DNA from: Eledone cirrhosa
Lineage: Eukaryota
Direction of reading: 5' to 3'
DNA length: 64,000 nt
NCBI GenBank assembly: GCA_964016885.1
Contig: OZ024742.1
Span: 261,640,001 to 261,704,000, forward strand
Under the pieces are notes generated by a model that ran no database searches, was not told the DNA's origin, and worked only from the letters and a program-made list of their open reading frames with translations. Of this stretch, positions 49,704 through 64,000 are shown piece after piece; positions within the stretch are counted from its first letter, which is position 1, and the number at the start of each line of letters is the position of its first letter. Made by a program: the position numbers and the translations under genes.

Positions 49704-51016
49704 GTAAGTTCAGTACAACATAACGGTATACGTGTTCTGTGCCAAGCCATACCTCTACACACACTCATACTCACACAAAGAAACTCACACATACACATGT
49801 GTGCATGCACACAACTCTACCTCCAAGTACATTTGTGTACATGCAGTTTATGAGCTTTACTTTGCCTTGCCAATATCTCATTAACTAATCCTTTTCTGAA
49901 TGTCTTTGATCTCTGCTGCTATTCTTTTGGTGGAATTTGGTTTGTTGTTGATATTGCCTTCGGTGGTGTTGTTGTGTATGTTAAAATTGTTTTTACTGTG
50001 GTTTTTTGTTGATGTTATTGTATTGGTGCTGAAGTTGTTGTTGTGGTAGTTTTTAATATGGTTGGGATAATTGTTAGGCAGCAAATAGGCAGAGTTGTTA
50101 ATACGTAGGATAAAATGCTTTGTTGTATTCATTCTGACTCTCTGTGCTTTGAGTTCAAATCCCACTGAGGTCAGCTTTACCTTTCAGCCTTTCAAGATTG
50201 ATTAAAAGGTACAAGAGTTCAGTCCTGGGGTTGATTCTTCCTCTGTGTATCTTTCTTCTCTTCACTTCTCTCACTCTTTCTCTCTCTTTCTCTGGAAGAA
50301 ATCAGCTACGTTCAGACTTTAAGACGGATGGACTTCACCAGGCTTAAAATATCTCTTCAACTCTAGCAGGAATTTAAGTAGTTTGTGTGTGTGAAACCAT
50401 GGTATGTTCAAATTTAGTTGGCATGCTAGACAACCAAGTAATAGGGGGCTTCTACATGGTTATTCGACTTGCTAAAAATTGGACCAAAATCGCCCTCAAA
50501 TCTTCCTCTACTGTCCATTGAAGGAAATATGTGCATCCAGGATAATAATTTTGGATAAGCTATACTTTAAACTGTCACCTTATCTAGCACTTCTACTAGG
50601 GTCGTTGGTGACTTTATTCTGTTACAGGCATTCAAGCCAGGTCTCCAGTTTGAAAATAATTTCCTCTCTAAGTCATAAAAAAATAAAGCTGTGATAACAG
50701 CTTGAAAACTTTTGCTCATAGTCTTTTTTTCCCCCTGTTTAGTCAAGGAGGGAAGAGCAGTGCCCATGACCATTTCCATGGCCTCCCAAGACTGGTAGAA
50801 GGGAGGGAGGAAAGTATCCTCAAATGTTTGCATTAAAGGCACACAAAGACCAGATTGTGGCATTAAATCAGACAATCGATGAAATCTGCTGCCCTTTCTG
50901 CTTAATCAAGGCTGACAATCAGGTGAGAGGTGAGCTATTCATATCCTATCACCAGCCTTATATTGTGCCTGTACTTGTCTAAGATATTTAATGCCTAACA
51001 ACCATATTTACTTAGA

Positions 51017-51275
51017 TTAACCCTTTGATACCAAAGCACATGGAACTGGCCCTAGTTCTATGAAACAAAACTATTTATATTAAACTGTTTATATTTATCT
51101 AAAACCTTTCCATAATAATTTTTACATAAAAAACTTTCTTATGTTCCAAACACAGTTTAATAATGAGAAAATTAGTTATATTACTAATTTTTTCCAAATT
51201 CTTCATTATTTTCAAAATTATTTGAAATTCAAAGCCAGTATCTTTCATTAGAAATGTGTTCATGAAAGGGTTGAA
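51017..51275. mobile_element. piggyBac-like MITE; an inverted copy lies at ~48600-49060
   Basis: Starts TTAACCCTTT and ends AAAGGGTTGA; internal sequence is reverse-complementary to 48630-49010. Confidence 0.55.
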
Positions 51276-53039
51276 TTGCTTATATTTATCTAAAAATCTA
51301 CGATTATTATTTTATGTAAAAACCTTTAAGTAATGTGCCAGACACCAACTTAATAATGAGGAAGTTATATTACTAAATCTCTCCAAATTCTTGATTACTT
51401 TTTAAATTATTTGAAAATTATAGGCAATGTCTTTTATTTGCAAAATTGTTAAAGTATGTTTCACAGTATGCTATATCTCTACTAATCTGCTATAAGCAGT
51501 AGCAGCACTGTAAATTTGATGAGCATTTTCTTTACTTTCAGTGCATGTGTATATCAATTTTTGATTGTAGATTTATAGGTATATAAATGACAACAAATAT
51601 CTATTGATGTGGTGCTCCATATATATACACTGTCTGTGTAGCCAAAACCCCATGATTTTGAGACTCTGACTAAATACATGGCTTGACTGTTCACTCAGCC
51701 AACTTCACCATGCCCACTAACCAGATTTTCTCCTTCACCTACTATCTTCCGCCTTGCCTCTCTGAGAAATATATCCTAACAGGCACATACTCATGCGAAA
51801 TCTCTTGTCCACAGTTACTTTACTTCCCCAATTCCTTTCCTGTATCTCACCCCTGGTCCCTACACAGCTGCCATATGTGGCATTTCATCAATAACACCAC
51901 TACCCTCACTGGACCCAACAGTCACTCCTAAATTAGGGACCACTTCTGCTGAACCTTGTCAAACCTCATCTACAGGCTCCAGTTCATGCTTTGTGAGGTT
52001 GTCCATATCACTCAAACTGGCTGTGAGTGCAAAAAGATTTGCCAAACACATCTATGACATCCAGCTCGGTGGACAGTCTCCGATCACCTGACATTTCTGT
52101 TCTTCTAGCTATTCCCCACACCATTTCAGTGTTTTCAGCCGCACTTCTTGCACCAGACACCCTTGACTCATACTTCCAAAAGGAACAGCACCTCATCTTC
52201 TCTCTCCAAACTTTTATCCACAATGACCTTAATGTGCTGTCCCATTTTCTCATATTGTACACATGCTCACACACAAATTCTGACAGACACATGCACACAC
52301 ATAAACTAATAACCCACACTAACTCACTCAGACACATGCACACATACACACAGAGAAGAGTCTTCCCAACTCTTTGTTTGAAAAATTTTCTATAGATGGA
52401 TGCCCTTCCTATCACCACCCACATTACAGAGTGTACTGGGTGCATTTATCATGTAGATCACCAACACTAGAGAGCTTGTCATACTCCTGGCACAACTAAA
52501 GAGTCCTCTCAACCCTTTTAGGCATTGTTTCTACAGTGGTCTGCCTTTCCTATCACCAGCCACCTTACAGAGTATACTGGATGCATTTGTTGTAACACCA
52601 GCACTAGAGAGGTTATTGTCATTGTCTAAATTGAAGAGCTCTCTCTACTCTACAGGCAAGAGTGAGGTGTATATCATGAGCAGAGTGAAGGAGTGGATGG
52701 TGCGTATTTCTGGCAGTGTGTAGGGTACTGGAGAGAGTGACTATAACTAGTGTATAATGGGAGGATGGGTGGTCCATGACCCTGGATAGAGTGTATGTGG
52801 GGATGGGTGTTTAGGATTTAGGAGAGGTGGAAATGATCCTGGATAAAATGGAATTAGGGGTGTACAGTGATGCTAAGAATAGCTACTACAGGGGAAAGTG
52901 GATTGTGCATAGGGAGCATAAAGCATTGGGTGTGCAGAAATAGTGAGAATAGCTACTAAAGGGTGATTGTGGGTGGGAAGCAATACAAGGGTCGGTCATG
53001 TCAGATTAAGTTCTAGGCTGTAGAGGGCTCTTCATCAGC

Positions 53040-53720
53040 ACAACTTAGTACCAGCTCTTGCAGTCTTTTGTCATGTCTGTTATGAGTCTCAGCTTCTTAA
53101 AGTCAGCTCTCACTACTTTGTCCCATGTCTACCTGGATCTGCCTCATCCACGATTTACATCCAGGGAAATTTCTTTGCACTTCTTTATACAACTAACATT
53201 TTCCATATACACTACATGTCCATACCAACACAGCTTTCCCTCTTGCACACTACATTTAATTCCTCTTATGCTGAGATTGTCTCTCAACTTGGTTGCACTA
53301 TGTCATTCATACACACTAAAATTACACATCCATCAGAATATACTCATCATATTTCTTTCTGGCCTTATCAAGTCTTTTGCAGTTAAGGCCCATGTCTTAC
53401 TGCCGTTGCAGTTTGCATGTAAGCATCTTACAGTCTACCTTTTACTCTGTAAGAGAAGCCTTTTGTTGTCATCAGAGGCATTGGCTCCCTAAATTTCTTC
53501 CAGCCTATTTTTATCCTGGCTATCACACTTTCAGAGCATCCTCCCCAACTTCTGATTAGCTCCCCTATGTAATACTATCGAAAACTTCTAAGGAAGCTCC
53601 CATGTAGCTGAGGAAATCAATTTCACATTTTCACATGTGCTGCTCTTAGTGTTTATTTCTCCTGTGCATCTGCTGCATATAAAGTCTATCTTCTTCATTA
53701 ATTTGCTTGCATCTTTTGTG
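53040..53720 (-). mobile_element. Old RTE-type LINE remnant
   Basis: Same family as 36990-37700; FICSRCTGEIN motif. Confidence 0.55.
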
Positions 53721-54169
53721 CATCCATTGATTCTAGGTTTTTCTTCCATGCCTGGAATTTTGCCTCTAACTCTAACACACACACACAAGCCTATCCCTAA
53801 ATATATATGCTTTTATACCCCCAATCACCCATAAACAGAATAAGCACCTGTATATCTTATATACCTTTACAAGCACATGTTCATATCACATATATAAATA
53901 TTTGAAAAATAAGTAAAAGAAATAAATAGAAACATGCAAATGCTCATATGTGTTTGTAAATGAGAGGAATAAACAGATATCTAGGCTCAAGGAAGAAGGG
54001 TTCCTGGGATGAGTAATGGAGGTAGGTAAGGTAGGGGTACTTGTGTGAGAGGTAGCTTAGTCTGGGTAATGGCTATCAGGCAAGCCCAAAGGGTATTTCC
54101 TTGCTCCAGTAGTGGATAAGTGTGGTTCTTTATCCCCCAGTGCCATGAGTTGGTTTGAAGCATAGGTAG

Positions 54170-55100
54170 GATTTATGGATTCGGTGCATTCATAAACAAG
54201 ATGCAGAGTGTTTTGAACAAGCTCAAATTGCTAAGGCTTTCCCCTCTTGTGCATTACTGGGCTGGCTATGAAGCTTCAACTAAGATGGTATGGGGTCCCC
54301 TTTCCATATAAGCTACTCAAGTGGCTGGAGAGGTTTGTGGTATGCTTCCTTTCCTGGTGTTGGAAGGAATAGCTACACTATGTGAAGCAAGATTTGAAGC
54401 CTTTTTCTGCAGGTTAGTTATGACTTTGCACTTGTACACTATATTCCTAATGAGACATTAGAAATCCATTGGGAACTCATTTCAGTTGCAGCAATTACAG
54501 ATTGGTGCTGTGGACAAAATGATGGAACCAGGGGGTCTGTGCCTGTTGGATGTAGCAATGCTATGTGCAATTCTTGGTCTTGTCGACTACAACAGCTTTA
54601 CCATGTTCTTATTGAAAACATTGTGGTAGCAGTGCTGTGGTGGGAAATGCTTTTGAATTATTCCAAAGAACAACCTAGCATGGTGTGTCGGTACTTCAGC
54701 ATTGTAGGGTGGGTTGTACCACATAATCCTATGCTTCCTGTTCCTTTGTTTATAATTAATTGTTTCTACTTTTGGCACAAGGCCAGCAATTACCCCAGTG
54801 CATTACTGGTACTTTATTTTATCGACCCCGTAAGGATGAAAGGCAAAGTTAACCTCGGCGGGATTTGAACTCAGAATGGCAAAGGCCGTAACTCTATACG
54901 TCAAAGCATGACGTCCAACTCTCTGCCGATACTGCCAATCCATCGTCATTTGTTTATAATTAATACAGGTTTAAACTGTGTTCAGCACTTAATGCAATAC
55001 TGTGATTCCAAATGAAACCATGTTGACACAAGGGATGGAGGGTGACTACAACTTGGTATCGAGTGGGGTCACACAGAGATCACCAAAGTGGGATCACCAA
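54170..55100 (-). mobile_element. Penelope-like remnant interrupted by a SINE with a 16 bp TSD
   Basis: RKHRIMWYNPPYNAEVPTH..FFGIIQKHFPPQHCYHNVFNKNMVKL; TSD TTTGTTTATAATTAAT at 54745-54760 and 54949-54964. Confidence 0.7.
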
Positions 55101-55267
55101 GAGAGAGAGAGATCAGTTTAACATATGATTATTTTTACTACATGTGTTTCACTCATAGCCTGACTCAAAAAGTTTCATAATTACATAATGAATATGCAAC
55201 AACAGGTTTCAAATCTGTAGATCACAGGCTCATCAGAGCAGTATAAACATTGACTGTTGAAACAACT

Positions 55268-55851
<584 letters not shown>

Positions 55852-56002
55852 TGTTTACTCCAATTATTTGTTGAGTGCTTTATATCAGTTATAAAAATAT
55901 TTGCTTGTTGTATCCCAACAATTTAAATAGAACTTTTACATATATATACATACATACATACATACATACATACATACATACATACATACATACATACATA
56001 CA

Positions 56003-56038
<36 letters not shown>

Positions 56039-56160
56039 TATATATTATAGAAAGGGGTTAACCGAACAAAGATGTACTGACCAAATAATGGTCTGTCAGT
56101 TGTCAAGTAGATAAAGGAAGCATTCAACAACATGTATAAAAGTGTAAGCTGGAGCATTAT

Positions 56161-56544
56161 ATATCAATAAAAATCCAAGGCCATATTCATTTGGTTTTGG
56201 TTTATTAAAATTAGTTATGAGAGCCTGAACTCCTCAAATGGTAAACCAAAAAAACAATGATATAATTTGGAAAAGGTTTACTTTTCTTGATACAGAGGGC
56301 TGGCCAGGCGTGTGATGTTATTTCCTCAATGGTCAGCCCCTTGTATCAAGAGGAAATAACATCACACTCCTGGCCAGCCCCCTGTATCAAGAAAAGTAAA
56401 CTTTTTCCAAATTATTTCATTGTTTTTTAGGTTTACCACTTGAGATGCTGACGCTGTTGTAACTGATAATCCTCAGCAAAATGTACATTACGGATTTTAA
56501 TAAACCAAAACCAAATGAATATGGCCTCAGATATTTATTGATAT
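56161..56544. repeat. Long imperfect inverted repeat
   Basis: GGCCATATTCATTTGGTTTTGGTTTATTAAAA / TTTTAATAAACCAAAACCAAATGAATATGGCC outer arms, plus inner arms of about 95 bp. Confidence 0.9.
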
Positions 56545-57212
56545 GTAGATATATATATTAAAAAAACCCGAGTTATCTTCCCTGACAATGCTGGCTTTGA
56601 CGTTGATTTTGACATGAACAAATCAGTTGTAAGAGAACAAGCCAAATAGCCAGCCAAAGTGGAAAGAGCCTTCCATTTGGATTATACCATATATATGGTA
56701 GGTGTGTGTGTGTGTTTTGTTATTTGCATGCTTCAATGTATATTCATACACACACATATATGTATGTGAGCATGTGGATGTAGTTATGCAATGCATGTAA
56801 TTACACATTTATTTGCATGTAGCTGCTGCTTGTTGTTAAATGGTATATGAAATAGATGAAGACTAATATGTATACATACATAACAAACAGATATACAAAC
56901 ATATATGCTCATTTATATATATATATAATATTTATAAAAACACCAATCATCATCCTCTTCATCATTTAATGTCCATTTTCCGCACTTGCATGGATTAGGC
57001 AAGTTGTCACATTATGAGACAATTCAGGTCAGAAGACCACATTATATTCATGTGGATCTGTATTTTGGCTTGATTTCTATTGCTGGATGCCCTTCCTAAC
57101 ACCAACCACGTCCATATTTCCATGCTAGCATGGGTTAGAGTCATCTCATGTGAGGCAAGTCAAATCAAGTCACCATGTCATGTTAATCAGTGATGATGAT
57201 GATGATGATATA

Positions 57213-57244
<32 letters not shown>

Positions 57245-57344
57245 AGTGTGTGTGTGTGTGTGTATATCTATATATATATATATCGTCTGACTCATGCAAG
57301 CATGGAAAAATGGATGTTGAACGGTGATGATGATGATGATATAT

Positions 57345-58005
57345 ACATATACACACCATGCTGAACAGAGGAAGACTTGAAGAAGTGGACACCTTCAAGT
57401 ACCTAGGATCCACTCTCACCAAAGATAGCAGATCTCTCTAAAGGAGATACTGACAAAACTTACACTGGCCACTTTCACAATGGCAAAGCTGAATGTCATA
57501 TGGAAAAGCAACTCCATCACTTTTCCAACGAAGCTTAAACTATACAAGTCTTGGTGACTTTAATCCTTTTGTATGTGTGTGAGAGTTGGACTCTTCACAG
57601 TTGACATGGAATGAAGAATCCAGTCATTTGAGCACAAGTGTTTCAGAAGGTTGCTACACATCCCATACATGAGGCACAAAACAAACAACTTTGTCAGGCA
57701 GCAACTTAACAAATATGCTGACAGACAGGAACCACTCCTAGCAATGGTGAAAAGATGGAAGCTTGCCTGGTATGGTCATGTATCCCACCACAACTCCTTG
57801 TATAAAACATCCTTCAGGGCACAGTCAAAGGAGGATGAAATTTGGGTCTGACAATATCAAAGACTGGACTGGTCACAACACCAAGACCTTTCTACACATG
57901 ACGGAGAATAGAGACCAGTGGTGACAACTGAGTGTGAAAGAGTCTCAAGTGGCACCGCAACAACTAGCTGTAACAGTTGCAGGAACATGATGATGATGAT
58001 GATGA
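57345..58005 (+). mobile_element. RTE LINE 3' fragment
   Basis: LEEVDTFKYLGSTLT, KRWKLAWYGHVS; (GAT)n tail. Confidence 0.75.
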
Positions 58006-58288
58006 TATATATATGTGTGGTTATGTAGGTGTCATGACAAAAAACACCCAGTCCACACTGTAAAATGGTCATGTAGGAATCACAGCAAAAAGCACTCAGT
58101 ACACACTGTAAATGTGGTTGGTGTTAGGAAGGGCATCCAGCTGTAGAAATCTAGCCAGAAACAGTTCTGCATGAGCAGGATACGGTCACCTGACCCAACC
58201 TGCCTCAAATGGGACAACCCGTCTAACCCTGCTAGCACGGAAAGTGGACGTTAAACAGTGATGATGATTATGATGATATATATATAAC

Positions 58289-58642
58289 ATATCCTGTGAG
58301 TTCACAGGTGAAACTCATATATATATATATATAAAAGTATAAAGAATGTGCTCAGGTGCAGAGGTACTATAAAGATAGCTTATAAAATAGGGTGAAAACC
58401 CTTAAAAGACAGAAAAAGATGTTGCTATTGGCTGCTATGAGGTATTGAACCCCATATCTCCCATATGGGGTTCAATTCCTCATAGCAGCCAATGGCAAAT
58501 TCTTTATACTTATATATATATATATATATATTTATATAATATATGGATGTATGTATATATGAAAAAAAATTATATGTTCTTTATTATGGCTAAGAGGTGA
58601 TTCTTGTTTTTCTGCAGTTTCACCTGTGCACTCTCAGGATAT
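58289..58642. repeat. Nested inverted repeats (outer ~27 bp arms; inner hairpin 58421-58498)
   Basis: ATCCTGTGAGTTCACAGGTGAAACT/AGTTTCACCTGTGCACTCTCAGGAT; TTGGCTGCTATGAGGTATTGAACCCCATAT/ATATGGGGTTCAATTCCTCATAGCAGCCAA. Confidence 0.8.
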
Positions 58643-58645
58643 ATA

Positions 58646-58750
58646 TACAGCGTGTAAAAAAAAATTGTATACACACTTCAACAGTATTCTAATAAATATT
58701 GCCTGTACAGGTAATCAAAGTGTGTATACATTTTGGGGGAACATCCTGTA
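58646..58750. mobile_element. Tc1/mariner-type MITE
   Basis: TA-CAGCGTGT..TGTATACACACTT / AAGTGTGTATACA..ACATCCTG-TA terminal inverted repeats. Confidence 0.65.
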
Positions 58751-59050
58751 TATAAAAATAGTTTAGATGAGTTAATAACACAGCCATATAAAGACAAAGA
58801 ATGTTTCAAAGCTCAAATGTGATTTTATAGTCCTCAGAATTTATCCAATCGGTAAATTTTCAATCACAGTAGTTTTACAATGTCACCTTTTCGGACTTGC
58901 AATATTATGGACATATGTTGGTAAATATTTATGTTATTTAATAGATTCTGATGGTATCAATCTAGCAGGAATAAATATTCCTGTTGTATTGATCAAAACA
59001 TTTGTCAATTAATTCAATGATTTAATTTAATTTAATTCTGGTTATTTTTA

Positions 59051-59090
<40 letters not shown>

Positions 59091-59692
59091 CTCCAAACGG
59101 TACAGACTTTCATATTGTGCAAGTTGGATTGTTGATTTAAGATTCACAGAAACCAATCGAGGATATTATATATCTTTCAATACGGCCCAGGTTTGTTATT
59201 TAACCTGATTGTATTTTCGTTGTTGTGGTGGCTTCTGTGGCTTTGTCCCCTTAACCACAGTTTTCAATTTATCACGCCTTTTAACATATGCATATGTTTA
59301 TTACTCTAAGATGTAACTTAGCGATTTATCGATATCTTCTTATTGAGTGCAAAGCTTTCAAATATTGTCTTTTCATGGATGCTGGCAGAACGCCGCCACT
59401 TCAATTTTACTCACTTCCATATATTATAGTATATTTATTTTCAACACGGCTTCATTGATACCATTGGTTTCCAATCCCAAGTGGGTTTAGATTGTGTGTT
59501 TGCACTTCTGCATATAAGACATTCATTCAGACAACAATATCAACAAAGCCATGTAAATATACTATAATATTCCAGCTCTGTATATTGCATAGAGTGATTT
59601 GTTTCCTTTAACTGTTCTATGGAATAATTCAACACAAATATATATATATGTGTATATATATACACACAATGTAAATGACAATCAAACATTTA

Positions 59693-59744
59693 ATCACTGA
59701 CGATCGTTTCATCCTAGCACGAGGCTGGAATCATCGGAGTTGAT
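59693..59744 (-). ncRNA. Type I hammerhead-like motif with a CCGAUGA core variant
   Basis: Minus strand: ATCAACT-CCGATGA-TTCCAGCCTCGTGCTAGGAT-GAA-ACGATCGT-C-AGTGAT; palindromic stem III and GUC triplet. Confidence 0.6.
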
Positions 59745-59924
59745 AACAAATGTCAAACACAAATATAAGATCAAAACTTTGTCACAAGAACATTAGGAGG
59801 ATACATAATATGGGAAGTTAGATAAGCATAGCCATCAAAATATTTATTATTACCCACCATATATATATATTTATATATAGCTATAGTTATATATATATAT
59901 GTGTATATATATATATGTATAACA

Positions 59925-60138
59925 AAGGAAATGTGGTAAGGAACCAGATGGACCATAACGCACCAGAGTACTCAATACTTAGGGTAGTAGAGTGGGAAAT
60001 AGGAAAAAGTATGACCCCGACGGCAGAGCTCAAGCTGTTTCGACGGCTATTTCTGTCCAGAAATAGCCGTCGAAACGGCTTGAGCTCTAGCCGTCGAAAC
60101 AGCTTGAGCTCTGCCGTCGGGGTCATACTTTTTCCTAT
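59925..60138 (+). repeat. TA-flanked hairpin element of the 36505 family
   Basis: GACCATAACGCACCAGAGTACTCAATACTTAGGGTAGTAGAGT followed by hairpin 59999-60138, which has a ~25 bp internal duplication. Confidence 0.8.
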
Positions 60139-60968
60139 ATATATATATATATATATATAATAGTTTCATTATACAGAAACTATGCAGTATGATGGCTGCA
60201 ATTTGGTAATGTCTTCCCCATACTAGTGGCTGGTGCTAGGCTGTAGTTAGTTTAATGGTATTTTCTGAGTGTTTTCTTTATGGGTTAGGGCAATTACTAG
60301 TCATATTTGCATATATATATATATGATGAAAACTGAATATACTAAAAATCAAGGAAGGTATATTTATAAAAATGTCTTTTGAGCCCTTTTCATAAACTTT
60401 ACATGGAAATACATCCTGGATCTGTTACCAAGTATTTACACACACATACACACACACATCATCATCGTCATCAACATCATTATCATCATCATCATCAGCA
60501 TCATTTAATGTCTACTTTCCTTGCTTCCAAGGATTAGATGGGTTTTCTTAGACAGTCAGTACTGAAGTGAGGCTACTGACCTCCCAGGCAGACCAGGCTC
60601 CACATCTCACTTAGATACATTCTACCATGTGCATTTTACTATATCACCAGCACTAGAGAGGTTCTCATGTCTTTGATACAATTGAAAGGTCCTCCCAATT
60701 CTTTTTTTAGAAAGCTTTCTATGTCTGGATGCCCTTTTTATCCAACCCCTATAGGGTACATTGAAATAAGTAAAGTGAAGTAAATACTTTCTCTTAGAAA
60801 TATATATTTTAAAAAAACTTAATGTAATATTAGAGATGAGGCACAGTTCTCTTTCTTTCCTTCCACTTTTCCTCACATATTTTTGCATCTTATCATTGAT
60901 GTTGAACTGAATTTGTTGTGATTATACATATATATCTGTACATACATACATATGTATATGTGTGTGTG

Positions 60969-61022
<54 letters not shown>

Positions 61023-61129
61023 CACATGCATGTGTATATATATATATAGGAATATATATATATATTCCTACACATACACACACACACACACACACACAAT
61101 TATTGACTAAACGGTAAGAGAGTTAAATG

Positions 61130-62200
61130 ATCTTGCGACAGAAGATAAAATGAAGAAGTAAAGTATGGATCCTTATGCCATACTTAACTTCCAAGAGAAC
61201 TATGCCTTATAAAACAACTGGCCATTCCTGCTAGACAACATACTGGGAGCCACAGACCAAATTTGTGTATGATGCAAGGTCCCAGTCTCAGCCAGTCAGA
61301 TTATGCAAATGTGGTGTAATAGTAAAGTAGATGGCGCCATAAAAGCTATGAGACAGGCTATGAAAGAGCAAAGGAAATGAAGAAGCTAGAAGGAAATTTA
61401 TTAGATTTAATGTGAGAAAATGTAGTATTACCCCAAGTGGACCCAATGGAAGCACCAGTTATTGAGACTGACTATTAAAAAGGGGTCATTAAAGATATGA
61501 AAGCAGCAATAGGACCATTGAGGATAGATTTTGAGATGCTGAAAATATCCAGTGTAATAGGATAAGTCATTTTCTCACAAGAAATACAGTAAAGTATTAT
61601 CTTCCAGTGACTGGTGTACCAACATTATTGTCAACTTTGCCTTTCATCCTTACCGGGTTGATAAAATAAAGTACCAGTAATGCACTGGGTAATTGCTGGC
61701 CTTGTGCCTAAAGTAGAAACAATTATTGTCAACTGCTACAAGAGCAAAGGAGACACTCAAGAAAGAAGTAACTATAGAAGCGTTAAACTAATTCACTAAG
61801 TCCTGAAAGTGGCAGAAAGTTAAAACAAAGCTAATCAAGGAGAAAATTAGTTTAATTAAAATACAAAAACTACAATAGAAGTTCTTTGTCAAGAATAAGC
61901 CATTATACCTGAGATTCATTGACTTAGAGAAGGCCTTTGACTGTGTCCCATGTATTGTAGTCTGGTGGTCACTAAGAAAATTGGGGTTATATGAATAGCA
62001 TATGAGACCTATCCAAACCATGTAGAAAGGTGCTGTCAGCAAAGTAAGTGTTAGCACTAAGCTCAGTGAAGATCAAGTTATATAATGCTTGAATAAGAAG
62101 TGTGATACTGCATGGCTATAAAATATGGCACTCAACATGGAGGATATTTGGAGACTGGAAAAAAGTAAGGCTCTGTTGGATAGGTAGTGTCAGCATGCAT
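61130..62200 (+). mobile_element. Old RTE-type LINE remnant
   Basis: FIDLEKAFDCVP-like sequence at ~61915-61950; contains a truncated SINE with TSD ATTATTGTCAACT. Confidence 0.55.
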
Positions 62201-62711
62201 GAAAGCCAGATTGCTATGGAAAGGACATACAAATGTATAATAATTGTTGGGTAATATATGGACAATTGAAAAATATGTGGGATTAAACAAGGCAAACAAA
62301 AGGTGAGAAAAGAAGTCACAAGGTGAACAAAACATTTGAACAAAAACGTTTGAAAAATGTTTACAATAAAAATAATTAAATGAAAACAAAGGGAAATGAT
62401 CTGATATTTTTGGTTCAACCTTTATTGAAGCAGAATGAAATAAGAAAAGTGTTGTAAATATATAAATGAGTTTTGCATCTAGGAAGTTCCCCCCTCTCTG
62501 TGATGCAAGCCCAGGCAGGTTGTTTTTCTGGAAGACCAGCAGTCACCCATGCATGCCAGCTGAGTGAACTGGAGCAACATGAAATAAAGTGCATTGCTCA
62601 AGGACACAATGCACTGCCCAATCCAGAAATCAAATACACAACCTCACCACTATGAAACCAATGCTCTAACCACTAAGCAACATTCCTTCACAAAATATAC
62701 ATACACACATA

Positions 62712-62744
<33 letters not shown>

Positions 62745-63028
62745 GTAAAAAATGTTATGAACTCAGATGTAAGCATATATGTTTATATGTATATACATTT
62801 CAATGTAAGTGCATGCTTGTCTTCATCTTTATTTATATGTATTTATCTTTTTCATAAATGTTCTTAGGATGTATAAGGATGTATGGATATGACATATATA
62901 TATATGTGTGTGCATATATATATATATTTCTATACACACATATGTATATGTGTATATAAATATATATATATACACATATACATATGTTTGTATAGAAAAA
63001 TATATATATATATCATATTCATACATAC

Positions 63029-63106
<78 letters not shown>

Positions 63107-63192
63107 ACATATATACATATATATAGGCATTTTTTTAAAGGCTTGGCAAGGTAATTTGCATGCTTTTAGTACATGTGTTGGTTCTTTCACAG

Positions 63193-63367
63193 CAACGTTG
63201 TCTGAAGGTTTTAACCTCCCTGCAAAGTTTGTCATTCACTGCCACGGTCCCACATGGTCAACCAAAAATAGTAAAGATTTACTAGCAAAGACCATAAAAA
63301 ACAGTCTATCTCTTGCTGAGAGGAAGAACTTTAGAACCATTGCCTTTCCTTCAGTGGGGAGTGGACG
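63193..63367 (+). CDS. MACROH2A: macroH2A canonical exon 7b (175 nt)
   Basis: TTTCACAG|(A)[59 protein letters not shown]|GTAAGC; phase 1 to 2. The terminal exon is expected beyond the window. Confidence 0.95.
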
Positions 63368-63878
63368 GTAAGCATCTTATTGTCAGAACTTGTTTCTAGA
63401 AGAAAGTAAAACAAACAAAACAAAAAACAGTTTTACACACCTACCTTATATTTCATGATATTTTGAAGTTGTGATGCCTGTTTCAAAAGAGAAGAAATGG
63501 AGTATGGTGCCATAAATGTCATATATATATATTGCAATCGAGAGGTTGTGGATTCAATTCGCGGACTGGGTGATGGGTTGTGTTCTTGAGCAAAACACAT
63601 TGCTTCAGTTTACTTAGTTGCGATATCACTGCTGTATCGACCATTGCCTTTCCCTTAGAATCGGTGGCATAGGCAACTGCTAGTCTTCCACAAACAGCTT
63701 TGCCCAGACTTGCACCTCAGATGGAAACTTTCGAGGTACAAATCCCATGGTCATTCATGACCAAAGGCAACCATTACCCTTACTCTATATATGTAAAAAG
63801 TAAACAGAAATAACAAAGCAAATGATAAAGTACAACAAAGAAATATATTAGTCTAATGCTAGAAATAATAGGAAAAGG

Positions 63879-63915
63879 TTCTTAACGTTTTGGACACTAG
63901 TCCTTCATCAGAAGA
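63879..63915 (-). ncRNA. Degenerate minimal hammerhead motif
   Basis: Minus strand: TCTT-CTGATGA-AGGACTAGTGTCC-AAAACGTT-AAGA; GAAA is mutated to AAAA. Confidence 0.45.
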
Positions 63916-64000
63916 TAGAATGAGAAATAAATGATGAAATAGAAAGTTAAAGAGTGACAAGAAGGAATGGTAAAAAAAAAAAGCATAATCAGTCAACCAT

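Noticed and set aside
55205-55240. Hammerhead on the minus strand (CTGATGAGCC..GAAAC)
   Set aside because: Core words are present but stems I and II pair poorly. It is counted only as a degenerate relic, not listed as a feature.

Overview
Repeat-rich animal genomic DNA. The SINE, LINE and microsatellite landscape looks cephalopod (octopus-like); that is an inference. Positions 1-24 kb are a dense nested stack of retroelements: several R4/Dong-like RLE-type LINEs ending in (CATA)n, RTE remnants, an intact two-ORF CR1/L2-group LINE inserted into a Penelope-like element, a Gypsy fragment, and a tandemly triplicated ~0.4-0.6 kb non-autonomous element. From 24.9 kb to beyond the window end runs one + strand host gene, core histone macroH2A, with exon sizes and phases matching vertebrate MACROH2A1; the last exon is outside the window. 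The main discovery is a second, diverged copy of the penultimate macrodomain exon (49526-49703, versus canonical 63193-63367). It has intact splice sites and identical phases but a rewritten ADP-ribose diphosphate-binding loop, making the two a candidate mutually exclusive pair at a different exon from the vertebrate 1.1/1.2 switch. Also notable are a -1 frameshift site joining ORF1 and ORF2 of the intact LINE, at least six hammerhead-ribozyme-like motifs, and several long palindromes in the macroH2A introns. TE remnant boundaries are approximate; exon boundaries were counted base by base.
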